This document shows positions 24,620 through 32,000 of a DNA stretch of 32,000 nt, piece after piece. The stretch comes from an uncultured Actinomycetes bacterium (GTDB lineage: Bacteria > Actinomycetota > Actinomycetes > S36-B12 > CAIYMF01): positions 1,620,001 to 1,652,000 of the forward strand of contig CAWJMG010000003.1 in the NCBI GenBank assembly GCA_963843975.1. The letters run 5' to 3'. Within the stretch, counting starts at the first letter, position 1. The number at the start of each line of letters is the position of its first letter. The position numbers were made by a program, and so were the translations under genes. Under the pieces are notes generated by a model, which made no database searches, was not told the DNA's origin, and saw nothing but the letters and a program-made list of their open reading frames with translations.

Positions 24620-25407
24620 GACGCGGCCGGCTTCATCGTGACGTCGTCCATCGAGTCGACGACGACGGGGATGCCGAGGTGCTGCAGGATCTCCATCCGC
24701 GCACCGAAGACCTCCTCGACCACCGAGGGCACGATCACCTCGGACGGCGGGCCGCTGGCGATCACCCGCTGGCGCAGGGCGAGCAGGTGCGGCAGGTGCG
24801 CCGCCATGCCGTTGAGGTCGTGGGTCGTGAGGACGATCGCGAGACCCTCCTGGTTGAGGTCGTCGAGCAGGTGCAGCACCTCGTGCCGCGTCTGGACGTC
24901 GACGCCCGAGGTGGGCTCGTCGAGCAGAAGCATCTGCGGGCGGCGTACGAGGGCGCGGGCGAGGAACATGCGCTGCTGCTGGCCGCCCGACAGCTCGCGG
25001 ATGTGTCGGTGGCCGAGCTCGGCGATCCCGAGCCGCTCGAGGACGTCGGCCACCTCGACGCGCTCGGACTTCGTCGCGCGCGGGAACGGACGACGGGCAG
25101 GGCGCGACATGAGGACGCAGTCCTGCACCGTGACCGGGAAGTTCCAGTTGACGGTCTCGAGCTGCGGCACGTAGCTCATCGACAGCCCCGGTGCGCGGCG
25201 CACCTCGCCGCGCTGCGGCTTCTCGGTGCCGAGCAGCAGCTTGAGCAGCGTCGTCTTCCCTGAGCCGGACGGGCCGACGATGCCGGTGAACTGGCCGGGC
25301 ATCACGGCGTACGAGACGTCGCTGAGCACGGGGTGGTGGCCGTAGCCGAAGGTCGCGTGCGAGACGTCGACCAGCGGCATCGCGGCTGAGATTCCCGACA
25401 TGGTCAC
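24616..25407 (-). CDS. metal ABC transporter ATP-binding protein
   Basis: Walker A GPSGSGKTTL, signature LSGGQQQR, Walker B MLLLDEP. The GTG at 25407 overlaps the SBP stop; ATG 25401 is an alternative start. Confidence 0.93.
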   Translation of the reverse strand: MTMSGISAAMPLVDVSHATFGYGHHPVLSDVSYAVMPGQFTGIVGPSGSGKTTLLKLLLGTEKPQRGEVRRAPGLSMSYVPQLETVNWNFPVTVQDCVLMSRPARRPFPRATKSERVEVADVLERLGIAELGHRHIRELSGGQQQRMFLARALVRRPQMLLLDEPTSGVDVQTRHEVLHLLDDLNQEGLAIVLTTHDLNGMAAHLPHLLALRQRVIASGPPSEVIVPSVVEEVFGARMEILQHLGIPVVVDSMDDVTMKPAAS

Positions 25408-26423
25408 TGAGGGTAGTCCGCCTTGTCGGGCGCCACATCCGCGACGTCGATGGCGTCGAGCGCGGCGGTTGTGCCACCGAGGCCCTTGATCATCGTGCGG
25501 TAGTCGTAGCGCATCAGGCCGAGCCAGGAGTGCTCGGCGTCACCGGGAGCACCGGGCAGGTCGTCGTCTCGCAACGTGTCCTCGTAGCGGGCGCCGGTCT
25601 CGGCCGCGATCTGCTCGAGCACCTTGGACGGGAAGACCTCCGAGCCGAAGATGACCGGCACCTTCTCGGCCCTGATCTGGTCGACGAGCCGTGCGATCTC
25701 CTTGGGCTGCGGGTCCTCGAAGTTCGAGGGCTGCACCGCGCCGATGACCTTCCAGCCGTAGGTCTTGGCGAAGTAGGCGTAGGCGTCGTGGTACGTCAGC
25801 AGCTCGAGACCGCCCGCGGGCACCGTCGCCTGGTCCTCCTTCAGCGCGTCCGACAGCGCGGTGGCCTTCGCCACGAACGCGTCGTAGTTCTTCGTGTAGT
25901 AGGCCGCGTTGGCCGGGTCCTTCGCGACGACCGTGTCCTTGATGACGCCGGCGTACTTGATGGCGTAGGTCGGGTCGGTCCACAGGTGCGGGTTGGGCTT
26001 GCCGTCCTCCTTCGGGAAGGAGAAGTCGTAGATGTAGTCGGACTCGGGCAGCACCTTCTCGCCGACCTTGACGATGACCGAGCCCTCCTTGGCGTTCGCC
26101 TCGGCGAGCTCGAAGGTGGGCTCCTCGAGCTGCAGGCCGTTGACGAAGACGATGTCGGCCTTCTCCATCGTCGCGGCTGCCTGGGGTGGCGGCTCGAACG
26201 TGTGCGAGTTCGTGCCCTCGGGCACGACGCCGACCACCTGGGCCTTGTCGCCGACGATGTTGGCCGCGATCGAGGTGATCGGTGCGACGGTCGTGACGAT
26301 GACCATGCCCTTCCCGCCGCCGGGCGACTCCTGGTCGGACGCGTTCGTGCCGCACGCCGCGAGCAGCAGAGCGGATCCCAGGGCGAGGGCGGTCAGGGCA
26401 GAAGGCTTGGTTCGAGGGGTCAC
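25404..26423 (-). CDS. metal ABC transporter substrate-binding lipoprotein (TroA/ZnuA cluster A-I)
   Basis: Lipobox LLLAAC. Candidate ligand motifs are NSHTFEP, NPHLWTDP, LTYHDAYAYF and TLRDDDL. GTG start at 26423. Confidence 0.9.
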   Translation of the reverse strand: MTPRTKPSALTALALGSALLLAACGTNASDQESPGGGKGMVIVTTVAPITSIAANIVGDKAQVVGVVPEGTNSHTFEPPPQAAATMEKADIVFVNGLQLEEPTFELAEANAKEGSVIVKVGEKVLPESDYIYDFSFPKEDGKPNPHLWTDPTYAIKYAGVIKDTVVAKDPANAAYYTKNYDAFVAKATALSDALKEDQATVPAGGLELLTYHDAYAYFAKTYGWKVIGAVQPSNFEDPQPKEIARLVDQIRAEKVPVIFGSEVFPSKVLEQIAAETGARYEDTLRDDDLPGAPGDAEHSWLGLMRYDYRTMIKGLGGTTAALDAIDVADVAPDKADYPQ

Positions 26424-26606
26424 CAGGGGAGCCTAACTTTCTGAGCGAGTATTTGCGAACTACTTGCAACAAGCAGGAGTGTGCATTCCCGCCTGTCCCT
26501 ACCTTCAAGCACTTCGAAGCGGACCGCACCCTGGATTGGCTGACGATCCGGTGACGTCCCGGCCTCGCTACGCTCGGGCGACGCCGTACGACCCCGAGGA
26601 GAGAAC

Positions 26607-27086
26607 GTGACCGTCCGACTCGAGCCCGGTGACTCCGCACCCCCGCTCGGCCTCCCCGACGACACCGGGGTCGTGCACGACTGGAAGGACCACAAGGGCG
26701 AGCGCGTGGTCCTCTACGTCTACCCGGCGGCCATGACGCCGGGCTGCACGAAGCAGGCGTGCGACTTCCGCGACTCGCTCGACTCGCTCGCCGCCTCCGG
26801 CATCATCGTGCTGGGCCTGTCGCCGGACAAGCCGGAGAAGCTCGCGAAGTTCCGCGAGCGCGACTCCCTCACGTTCCCGCTGCTGTCGGACCCCGCCAAG
26901 GACGTGCTGACGGCGTACGGCGCGTTCGGCGAGAAGAAGCTCTACGGCAAGGTCGTGACCGGCGTGATCCGGTCGACGTTCGTGGTGAAGGTCGACGGCC
27001 GGGGCAAGGCCGTGGTCGAGCACGCCTTCTACAACGTCAAGGCCACCGGGCACGTCGCCAAGCTGCGCAAGGACCTCGGCGTCTGA
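26607..27086 (+). CDS. bcp: thioredoxin-dependent thiol peroxidase (Bcp, peroxiredoxin)
   Basis: Motif VVLYVYPAAMTPGCTKQACDFRD, plus GLSPD....KF and FPLLSD. 159 aa with a GTG start and GAGGAG upstream. Confidence 0.9.
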   Translation: MTVRLEPGDSAPPLGLPDDTGVVHDWKDHKGERVVLYVYPAAMTPGCTKQACDFRDSLDSLAASGIIVLGLSPDKPEKLAKFRERDSLTFPLLSDPAKDVLTAYGAFGEKKLYGKVVTGVIRSTFVVKVDGRGKAVVEHAFYNVKATGHVAKLRKDLGV

Positions 27087-27100
27087 CCCCTCCCGTCACA

Positions 27101-27147
27101 CTGATCAATCCGTCGTTTCCGGGACCCGGAAACGACGGATTGATCAG
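27101..27147. terminator. 47-bp perfect palindrome between convergent bcp and the rhodanese gene
   Basis: ctgatcaatccgtcgtttccggg-a-cccggaaacgacggattgatcag, two 23-nt arms that are exactly complementary. Confidence 0.55.
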
Positions 27148-27160
27148 GTTCGGCGACGGG

Positions 27161-27472
27161 TCAGGACTCGACGGGGAAGCCCGACATGGCCCAGGCCTGG
27201 GTGCCGCCGGCCACGTTGACGACGTCGAACCCCTGGGGCTCGAGCCACGCGGCGGTCTGCGCCGAGCGGCCCCCGGTGGCGCACACGAGGTAGACCGTGC
27301 TGGTGCGCGGGATGTCCTGGAGGCGCACCGGGACGACGTGCATCGGGATGAGGACCGCGCCCGGCACGTGGCCGGAGGCGTACTCGTCGGGGTTGCGGAC
27401 GTCGATGACCGGGGTGGTCGGGTCGGCCTCGAGGATCGCGGCGAGCTCGGCCACGGTGACTTCGGCGGGCAC
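27161..27472 (-). CDS. single-domain rhodanese (sulfurtransferase)
   Basis: Motif VIDVRNPDEYASGHVPGAV.IP with the active-site loop VCATGGRS. 103 aa. Confidence 0.87.
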   Translation of the reverse strand: MPAEVTVAELAAILEADPTTPVIDVRNPDEYASGHVPGAVLIPMHVVPVRLQDIPRTSTVYLVCATGGRSAQTAAWLEPQGFDVVNVAGGTQAWAMSGFPVES

Positions 27473-27512
27473 AGGGACTCCAGGGGCGTCGGATCGGTGC
27501 GTGCAGCCTAGG

Positions 27513-27534
27513 TCGGCCCCTGACCGGGGCCGGA
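27513..27534. terminator. short hairpin between the cstR-like gene and the rhodanese gene
   Basis: ggcccc-tgacc-ggggcc (extendable with one bulge), about 14 nt after the cstR-like stop. Confidence 0.3.
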
Positions 27535-27544
27535 CCCGAGACGA

Positions 27545-27841
27545 TCAGGCGAGCGACAGGAAGAGCTTCTCGAGGCGGGCGCGGTCGAGCGCCGGCGTCT
27601 CGCCCTTGCTCTCGGCCTCGAGGCACATCTCGAGGCCGCACGCCACCACCGCGAAGGCGGCACGGTCGACGGCCTTGGACGCCGCCGAGAGCTGGGTGAC
27701 GACGTCGGAGCAGTCGCGGTCGGCCTCGATCATGGCGATGACGCCGTCGAGCTGGCCGCGTGCGCGCTTGAGGCGGGCGATGACGGCCTTGGCCGCCTCC
27801 GGGTGCATCGACGCGCTGGCGCCGGCATCTGCAAGGCTCAT
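27545..27841 (-). CDS. CsoR/RcnR-family (DUF156) repressor with CstR-like fingerprint
   Basis: Sequence: MSLADAGASASMHPEAAKAVIARLKRARGQLDGVIAMIEADRDCSDVVTQLSAASKAVDRAAFAVVACGLEMCL. Aligned by eye to M. tuberculosis CsoR, the C36 and C65 positions are Cys and the H61 position is Gly. 98 aa, starting 5 nt after the CoADR-RHD stop. Confidence 0.78.
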   Translation of the reverse strand: MSLADAGASASMHPEAAKAVIARLKRARGQLDGVIAMIEADRDCSDVVTQLSAASKAVDRAAFAVVACGLEMCLEAESKGETPALDRARLEKLFLSLA

Positions 27842-27846
27842 GGCGC

Positions 27847-29563
27847 TCACGATGCCATCACCGGGGCGGACTGGCCCACCTTCGCCACCGCGCCACGCTC
27901 GAGCAGCAGCCCCGGGCGCTGCGCCCGCAGCGTCATGAGACCGCCGTCGAGGGTGGCTGAGTCGAAGCCGTTCTGGGCGAGCACGCGGTGCGCGAGGTAG
28001 GAGCGGAAGCCGCTCGCGCAGAGCGCGCGCACCGGGCGGCCGGCGGCGGCGGCGCGCACCTCGTCGAGGCGGTCGCGCAGGTCGATGTGCGCCACGTTGA
28101 GCGAGCCGGGGAGGTGGCCGGACTCGAACTCCACCTGCGACCGGACGTCGAGCAGGAGGACGTCGTCCCCGAACCCGTCGAGGTCGTCGACGCTCCACGC
28201 GCGCAGCGTGCCGTCGAGGATGTTCTGCGCCATGAACCCAGCCATGTTGACCGGGTCCTTCGCGCTGCCGAAGGGCGGCGCGTACGCGAGCTCGAGCTCG
28301 GCGAGGTCGTCGACGGTCATCTCCGCGCGCAGGGCCGTAGCGATGACGTCGATGCGCTTGTCGACGCCGTCCTTGCCGACGGCCTGGGCGCCCAGCACCC
28401 GGCCCTCCGGCGTGAACAGCAGCATGAGGTGCACCGGCTTGGCGCCCGGGTAGTAGCCGGCATGGTTGCCGGGGTGCAGGTGGACGACGTGGTGCTCGAC
28501 ACCGGCCGCCGTGAGCCGGCGCGACGTCGGACCAGTGACAGCCGCAGTGAGGCCGAAGACCTTCACGACGGCGGTGCCGAGCACGGGCTTGGAGGTGCGC
28601 GCGCGACCCACGATGGAGTCGGCGGCGGTGCGGCCCTGGCGGTTGGCCGGGCCGGCGAGCGGGACGACGCCCGGCACGCCGGTGACGGCGTCGATGACCT
28701 GGATCGCGTCGCCGACCGCCCAGATGAACGGGTCGCTCGTGCGCTGGTCAGGGCTGACGACGACGGCGCCGCGGTCGGAGAAGCTCGAGACCCGCCTCGC
28801 GGGCCAGGGCGGTGGACGGCTTCACGCCGACGCCGAGGAGGACGACGTCCGCGGGCAACCGGGTGCCGTCGGCGAGGACGACGTCGACCGGGTGCTCGGT
28901 GGTCGACTCCTCGACGGCCACGAAGCCGGTGCCGGTGCGCACGTCGACCTGGTGGGCCCGCAGCTCGGCCTCGACGAGGGCGGCCATGTCGGCATCGATG
29001 GCGGGCAGCACCTGCGGCGCCATCTCGACGAGGGTGACGTCGAGGCCGCGGTGACGGAACGCCTCGACCGTCTCGAGGCCGATGAAGCCGGCCCCGATGA
29101 CGACGGCCTTCTGCGCACCGGCGGCGAGCATCTCGCGCAGGACGTCGGCGTCCGGCACGGTGCGCAGCGTGCGCACCTGCGGGCGGTCGAGGCCGGGCAG
29201 CGGCGGCACGATCGGGTCGGCCCCGGTGGCGAGCACGAGTGCGTCGTACGGCAGCACGACGTCGACGTCGTGCACGAGGTCGCGAGCGGTGACCGTCCTG
29301 GCCTCGCGGTCGATCGAGCGCACGTCGTGACGCACGCGGACGTCGAGGTCGAGGGACTCCTGCAGCGACTCCGGGGTGTGCAGGAGCAGGGCGTCGCGGT
29401 GCGGGATCTCGCCGCCCACGTGGTACGGCAGACCGCAGTTCGCGAACGACACCTCGCCTCCGCGCTCGAGCACCACGACGTGCGCGCTCTCGTCGAGCCG
29501 ACGCAGGCGTGCTGCCGCGCTCATCCCGCCGGCGACCCCGCCGACCACCACCACACGTCGCAT
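27847..29563 (-). pseudogene. CoA-disulfide/persulfide reductase fused to rhodanese (CoADR-RHD, Npsr-like), interrupted by a 1-nt frameshift
   Basis: N-terminal frame (29563 down to about 28781): MRRVVVVGGVAGGMSAAARL..SFANCGLPYHVGG...VVIGAGFIGLE...KPSTALAREAGLEL. The sequence continues in another frame (28779..27847): SDRGAVVVSPDQRTSDPFIWAVGDA...PLAGPANRQGR... then the rhodanese part LLLDVR...E...GHLPGSLN...VRALCASGFRS. The first frame stops at 28748. Total length is 1717 nt, which is 3n+1. Confidence 0.85.
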
Positions 29564-29614
29564 GGCCACTCGCTCCTCGACTGTCGTTCCTGGTTCCGAC
29601 GACAGGTCCAATGT

Positions 29615-29632
29615 TATACCCCTAGGGGTATA
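29615..29632. promoter_or_regulatory. CsoR/CstR-family-type operator (18-bp perfect palindrome)
   Basis: TATACCCCTAGGGGTATA lies in the divergent intergenic region, 52 nt from the CoADR-RHD ATG and 38 nt from the MFS GTG. It overlaps TATATT/TATAAC -10-like hexamers. Confidence 0.6.
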
Positions 29633-29669
29633 TTCCACAGGTCGCTCCCCCGGAGGGCGGACGCTCACC

Positions 29670-30902
29670 GTGACGCCGTGCGAGGCTCGCCCCGTGCGAC
29701 GCAGCTGGCTCACCCGCAACCTCGTGGTGCTCACGCTCGTCTCGCTCACCCAGGATGCCGCAAGCGAGCTCCTGTATCCCCTCCTGCCGCTGCTCGTGAC
29801 CGGCGTGCTCGCCGCTCCACCGGTCGTCCTCGGCATCGTCGAGGGCGCGGCCGAGGCGGCAGCCGGCATCTCGAAGTACGTCGCCGGGCGCTGGTCCGAC
29901 GGCCGTCGCCGGCTCCCGTTCGTGACGACCGGCTACGCGCTCGCGGCGGTCGGGAAGGTGCTCGTCGCGGCAGCGATGGTGTGGCCGATGGTGCTGCTCG
30001 GCCGGGTGGTCGACCGCCTTGGCAAGGGCGTGCGCTCGGCGCCGCGGGACGCCCTCATCGCAGCCTCCGTCCCCCGCGAGCACCTCGGCCGGGCGTTCGG
30101 CTTCCACCGCACCGGCGACACCCTCGGCGCCGTGATCGGCCCGCTCATCGCGCTCGCCGGCCTCGCGCTGCTCGACGGAGACATCCGCGCGGTGCTGTGG
30201 TGGGCCGTCGTCCCCGCGGTGCTCTCGGTGCTGCTGACACTGCTCGTGCGCGAGCGGCGTACGCCGGCCGAGCAGGCCGCGGTCGAGGTCGCGCCCGTGG
30301 TCGAGGCGGCACCGGTGCCGCGCAGCCCGCTCCCCCGCTCCTTCTGGCGCGTCGTCGGCGTGCTCGTGGCGATCGCGGTCGTGAACTTCCCTGATGCCCT
30401 GCTGCTGCTGCGGATCTCCGACCTCGGCTACTCGACGACCGAGGTCGTGCTGGCGTACGTGCTCTTCAACGTCGTCTACACGCTGGGGTCGTACCCCGCG
30501 GGCGCGATCTCCGACCGGCTGCCACGCCCCGCGGTGTACGGCGTCGGGCTGCTCGCCTTCGGCGTCGCGTACGGCGGCCTCGCGCTCGTCGAACGCGGCC
30601 CGTGGGTCTGGGTACTCGTCGGCGTGTACGGCCTCTTCCCGGCGCTGACCGACGGCGTCGGCAAGGCCTGGATCTCGACCCTCGTCGGCGACGAGCACCG
30701 GGGTCGCGCGCAGGGCGTGTTCCAGTCGCTCTCGAACGGCGCCGTGTTCCTCGCCGGTCTCTGGGCCGGCCTCGCGTGGGCGCTCGGGCCCGGGGGCGGC
30801 GAGGTGCCGCTGCTGGTGTCCGGTGCGGTCGGCCTGGTGGCCGGGCTGGTGCTCGTGGTCGGCCGCCATCGCGTCACGGGCGCACCGCAGCCGCTCGCCT
30901 AG
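29670..30902 (+). CDS. MFS transporter
   Basis: Multi-TM with the MFS loop motif GRWSDGRRRLPF and D-R-x-G-K (VVDRLGKG). The start is uncertain: GTG 29670 (GGAGGG 12 nt upstream) or GTG 29694. The track ORF begins at 29376, inside the neighbouring gene. Confidence 0.8.
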   Translation: MTPCEARPVRRSWLTRNLVVLTLVSLTQDAASELLYPLLPLLVTGVLAAPPVVLGIVEGAAEAAAGISKYVAGRWSDGRRRLPFVTTGYALAAVGKVLVAAAMVWPMVLLGRVVDRLGKGVRSAPRDALIAASVPREHLGRAFGFHRTGDTLGAVIGPLIALAGLALLDGDIRAVLWWAVVPAVLSVLLTLLVRERRTPAEQAAVEVAPVVEAAPVPRSPLPRSFWRVVGVLVAIAVVNFPDALLLLRISDLGYSTTEVVLAYVLFNVVYTLGSYPAGAISDRLPRPAVYGVGLLAFGVAYGGLALVERGPWVWVLVGVYGLFPALTDGVGKAWISTLVGDEHRGRAQGVFQSLSNGAVFLAGLWAGLAWALGPGGGEVPLLVSGAVGLVAGLVLVVGRHRVTGAPQPLA

Positions 30903-30914
30903 GCTGAGCCCCAC

Positions 30915-30996
30915 GCGGACGTGGTGGAATTGGCAGACACGCAGGATTTAGGTTCCTGTGCTCTCGAGCATGCGGGTTCGACCCCCGCCGTCCGCA
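30915..30996 (+). tRNA. tRNA-Leu (anticodon UAG)
   Basis: Hand-folded: acceptor gcggacg/cgtccgc, D arm gtg-gaattggcaga-cac, anticodon arm cagga-ttTAGgt-tcctg, long variable arm tgctctcgagcat, T arm gcggg-ttcgacc-cccgc, discriminator a. No encoded CCA. Confidence 0.92.
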
Positions 30997-31007
30997 CTCG
31001 ACTTGGT

Positions 31008-31023
31008 AGTGCGGATCCGCACT
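31008..31023. terminator. short palindromic hairpin between tRNA-Leu and the rdgB 3' end
   Basis: agtgcg-gatc-cgcact, a 16-nt perfect palindrome. Confidence 0.35.
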
Positions 31024-31050
31024 CTGCTGCCGTCCGCACCACCGAATCGG

Positions 31051-31671
31051 TCAGAGCAGGTCGCGCAGGACCGGGACCAGGGCGCGCAGGGCGTTGCCTC
31101 GGTGGCTGATGGCGTCCTTCTCCTCGTTCGACAGCTCGGAACTCGTCCGCGCCTCGCCGTCCGGCACGAAGATCGGGTCGTAGCCGAAGCCGTTGGTGCC
31201 GCGCGGCTCGCGCACGAGGTGGCCGACCATCTCGCCCTCCACCGTGGCCTCGCGGCCGTCGGGCAGCACGAGCGCGACGGCGCAGCGGAACCGCGCGCCG
31301 AGCCGGTCGTCGGGGGTGTCGCCGAGCTGGGCGAGGACGAGCTCGAGATTGCCGACGTCGGTGCTGCGTCCGGGGATCAGCCCGCCGCTCCAGCGCGCCG
31401 ACAGGATCCCGGGCATGCCGTTGAGCGCGTCGACGCACAGGCCCGAGTCGTCGGCGACGGCCGGTACGCCGGTGGCCGCGCAGACCGCCCGTGCCTTGAG
31501 CAGCGCGTTGCCCTCGAACGTCGACTCGGTCTCCGGCACCTCGGGCACCGACCCCTCGGGGAACGCGCCGATGCCGACGACGTCGACGTGAAGACCCGCC
31601 TCGTCGAGGATCCGGGCCATCTCCTCGATCTTGTGCGCGTTGCGGGACGCGAGCACCACGCGCGAGCTCAT
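31051..31671 (-). CDS. rdgB: RdgB/HAM1 non-canonical purine NTP pyrophosphatase
   Basis: Motifs [58 protein letters not shown]. The ATG overlaps the rph stop. Confidence 0.92.
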   Translation of the reverse strand: MSSRVVLASRNAHKIEEMARILDEAGLHVDVVGIGAFPEGSVPEVPETESTFEGNALLKARAVCAATGVPAVADDSGLCVDALNGMPGILSARWSGGLIPGRSTDVGNLELVLAQLGDTPDDRLGARFRCAVALVLPDGREATVEGEMVGHLVREPRGTNGFGYDPIFVPDGEARTSSELSNEEKDAISHRGNALRALVPVLRDLL

Positions 31672-32000
31672 GACGCGAGCGCGGCCTTCTGCAGCTCGGT
31701 GAGGTCGGCGCAGCCCTGCGCGGCGAGCGCGAGCAGCTGGTCGAGCAGCGCGCGGTCGAACGGCTCGCCCTCGGCCGTGCCCTGCACCTCGACGTACCGG
31801 CCGTCACCCGTCATCACGACGTTCATGTCGGTGTCGGCGGCGACATCGTCGTCGTAGTGCAGATCGAGGCGCGGCTCACCGTCGACGATGCCGACCGAGA
31901 CCGCCGCGATCGAGTTGATGATCGGCTTCGCGCCGGCCTTCACGTGGCCCTTGCCGCGCGCCCACTCGATCGCGTCGTGGAGGGCGACGTAGGCGCCGGT
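31668..32000 (-). CDS. rph: ribonuclease PH (3' part; gene continues beyond the window end)
   Basis: Sequence ...[50 protein letters not shown]...LQKAAL is nearly collinear with the E. coli RNase PH C-terminus. The reading frame is open to position 32000. Confidence 0.95.
   Translation of the reverse strand, partial: TGAYVALHDAIEWARGKGHVKAGAKPIINSIAAVSVGIVDGEPRLDLHYDDDVAADTDMNVVMTGDGRYVEVQGTAEGEPFDRALLDQLLALAAQGCADLTELQKAALAS

Noticed and set aside
23060-25174. 704-aa ORF on the + strand, and similar long ORFs 8788..10131(-), 20500..21390(-), 25530..26444(+), 27988..29037(+), 28466..30394(+), 29622..30914(-)
   Set aside because: All are antisense or out-of-frame overlaps of genes with clear family signatures (ABC transporter, NarK, CoADR, MFS). 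They show biased low-complexity translations.
26411-26440. DtxR/IdeR/MntR-like box overlapping the SBP start (ccaggggagcctaactttc)
   Set aside because: It matches only 11/19 positions of the TTAGGTTAGGCTAACCTAA consensus and is poorly palindromic. That is too weak to call without a PWM scan.
26447-26470. ttgcgaactacttgcaa pseudo-palindrome upstream of the metal ABC operon
   Set aside because: The arms match only 5/8, and I know no regulator consensus that it fits.
1-32000. CRISPR arrays, rRNA genes, IS elements, transposases and integrases
   Set aside because: I found no regularly spaced short direct repeats, no rRNA-like conserved blocks, and no DDE, serine or tyrosine recombinase signatures in any frame I inspected.

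Overview
High-GC (roughly 70%) actinobacterial chromosome segment; no finer taxonomy can be read from the sequence. The content runs as follows.

(1) 33-8620, minus strand: a DUF488 gene, then a tightly coupled operon of wHTH regulator, narG, narH, narJ, narI and a ywiC-like gene. narH carries a 1-nt insertion in a C4 run.

(2) 8815-15162, plus strand: two NarK-type transporters, followed by a translationally coupled module of DUF2249, MoeA, a 66-aa ORF, a 12-TM His-bearing membrane protein and a hemerythrin.

(3) 15163-20000: an accessory islet. It holds an AbiEi/AbiEii type IV TA pair whose toxin has a C-terminal WYL-like domain. The pair is bracketed by two ungapped 139-nt direct repeats. 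The second repeat abuts a tRNA-Lys(CUU) 3' fragment that begins exactly at the anticodon loop and is followed by a strong hairpin. A DUF222/HNH gene comes next.

(4) 20078-27086: F420/PPOX-family, SDR, DoxX-like, GroES-like and DUF3618 genes, a TroA/ZnuA-type metal ABC transporter, and Bcp.

(5) 27161-30902: a cst-like sulfur-stress locus. It comprises a rhodanese, a CstR-like repressor, a CoADR-rhodanese fusion with a second 1-nt frameshift, an 18-bp perfect CsoR-family-type palindrome, and a divergent MFS gene.

(6) tRNA-Leu(UAG), rdgB, and a partial rph.

No CRISPR array, rRNA, transposase or integrase was seen. Many long ORFs in the track are antisense shadow frames typical of GC-rich DNA.
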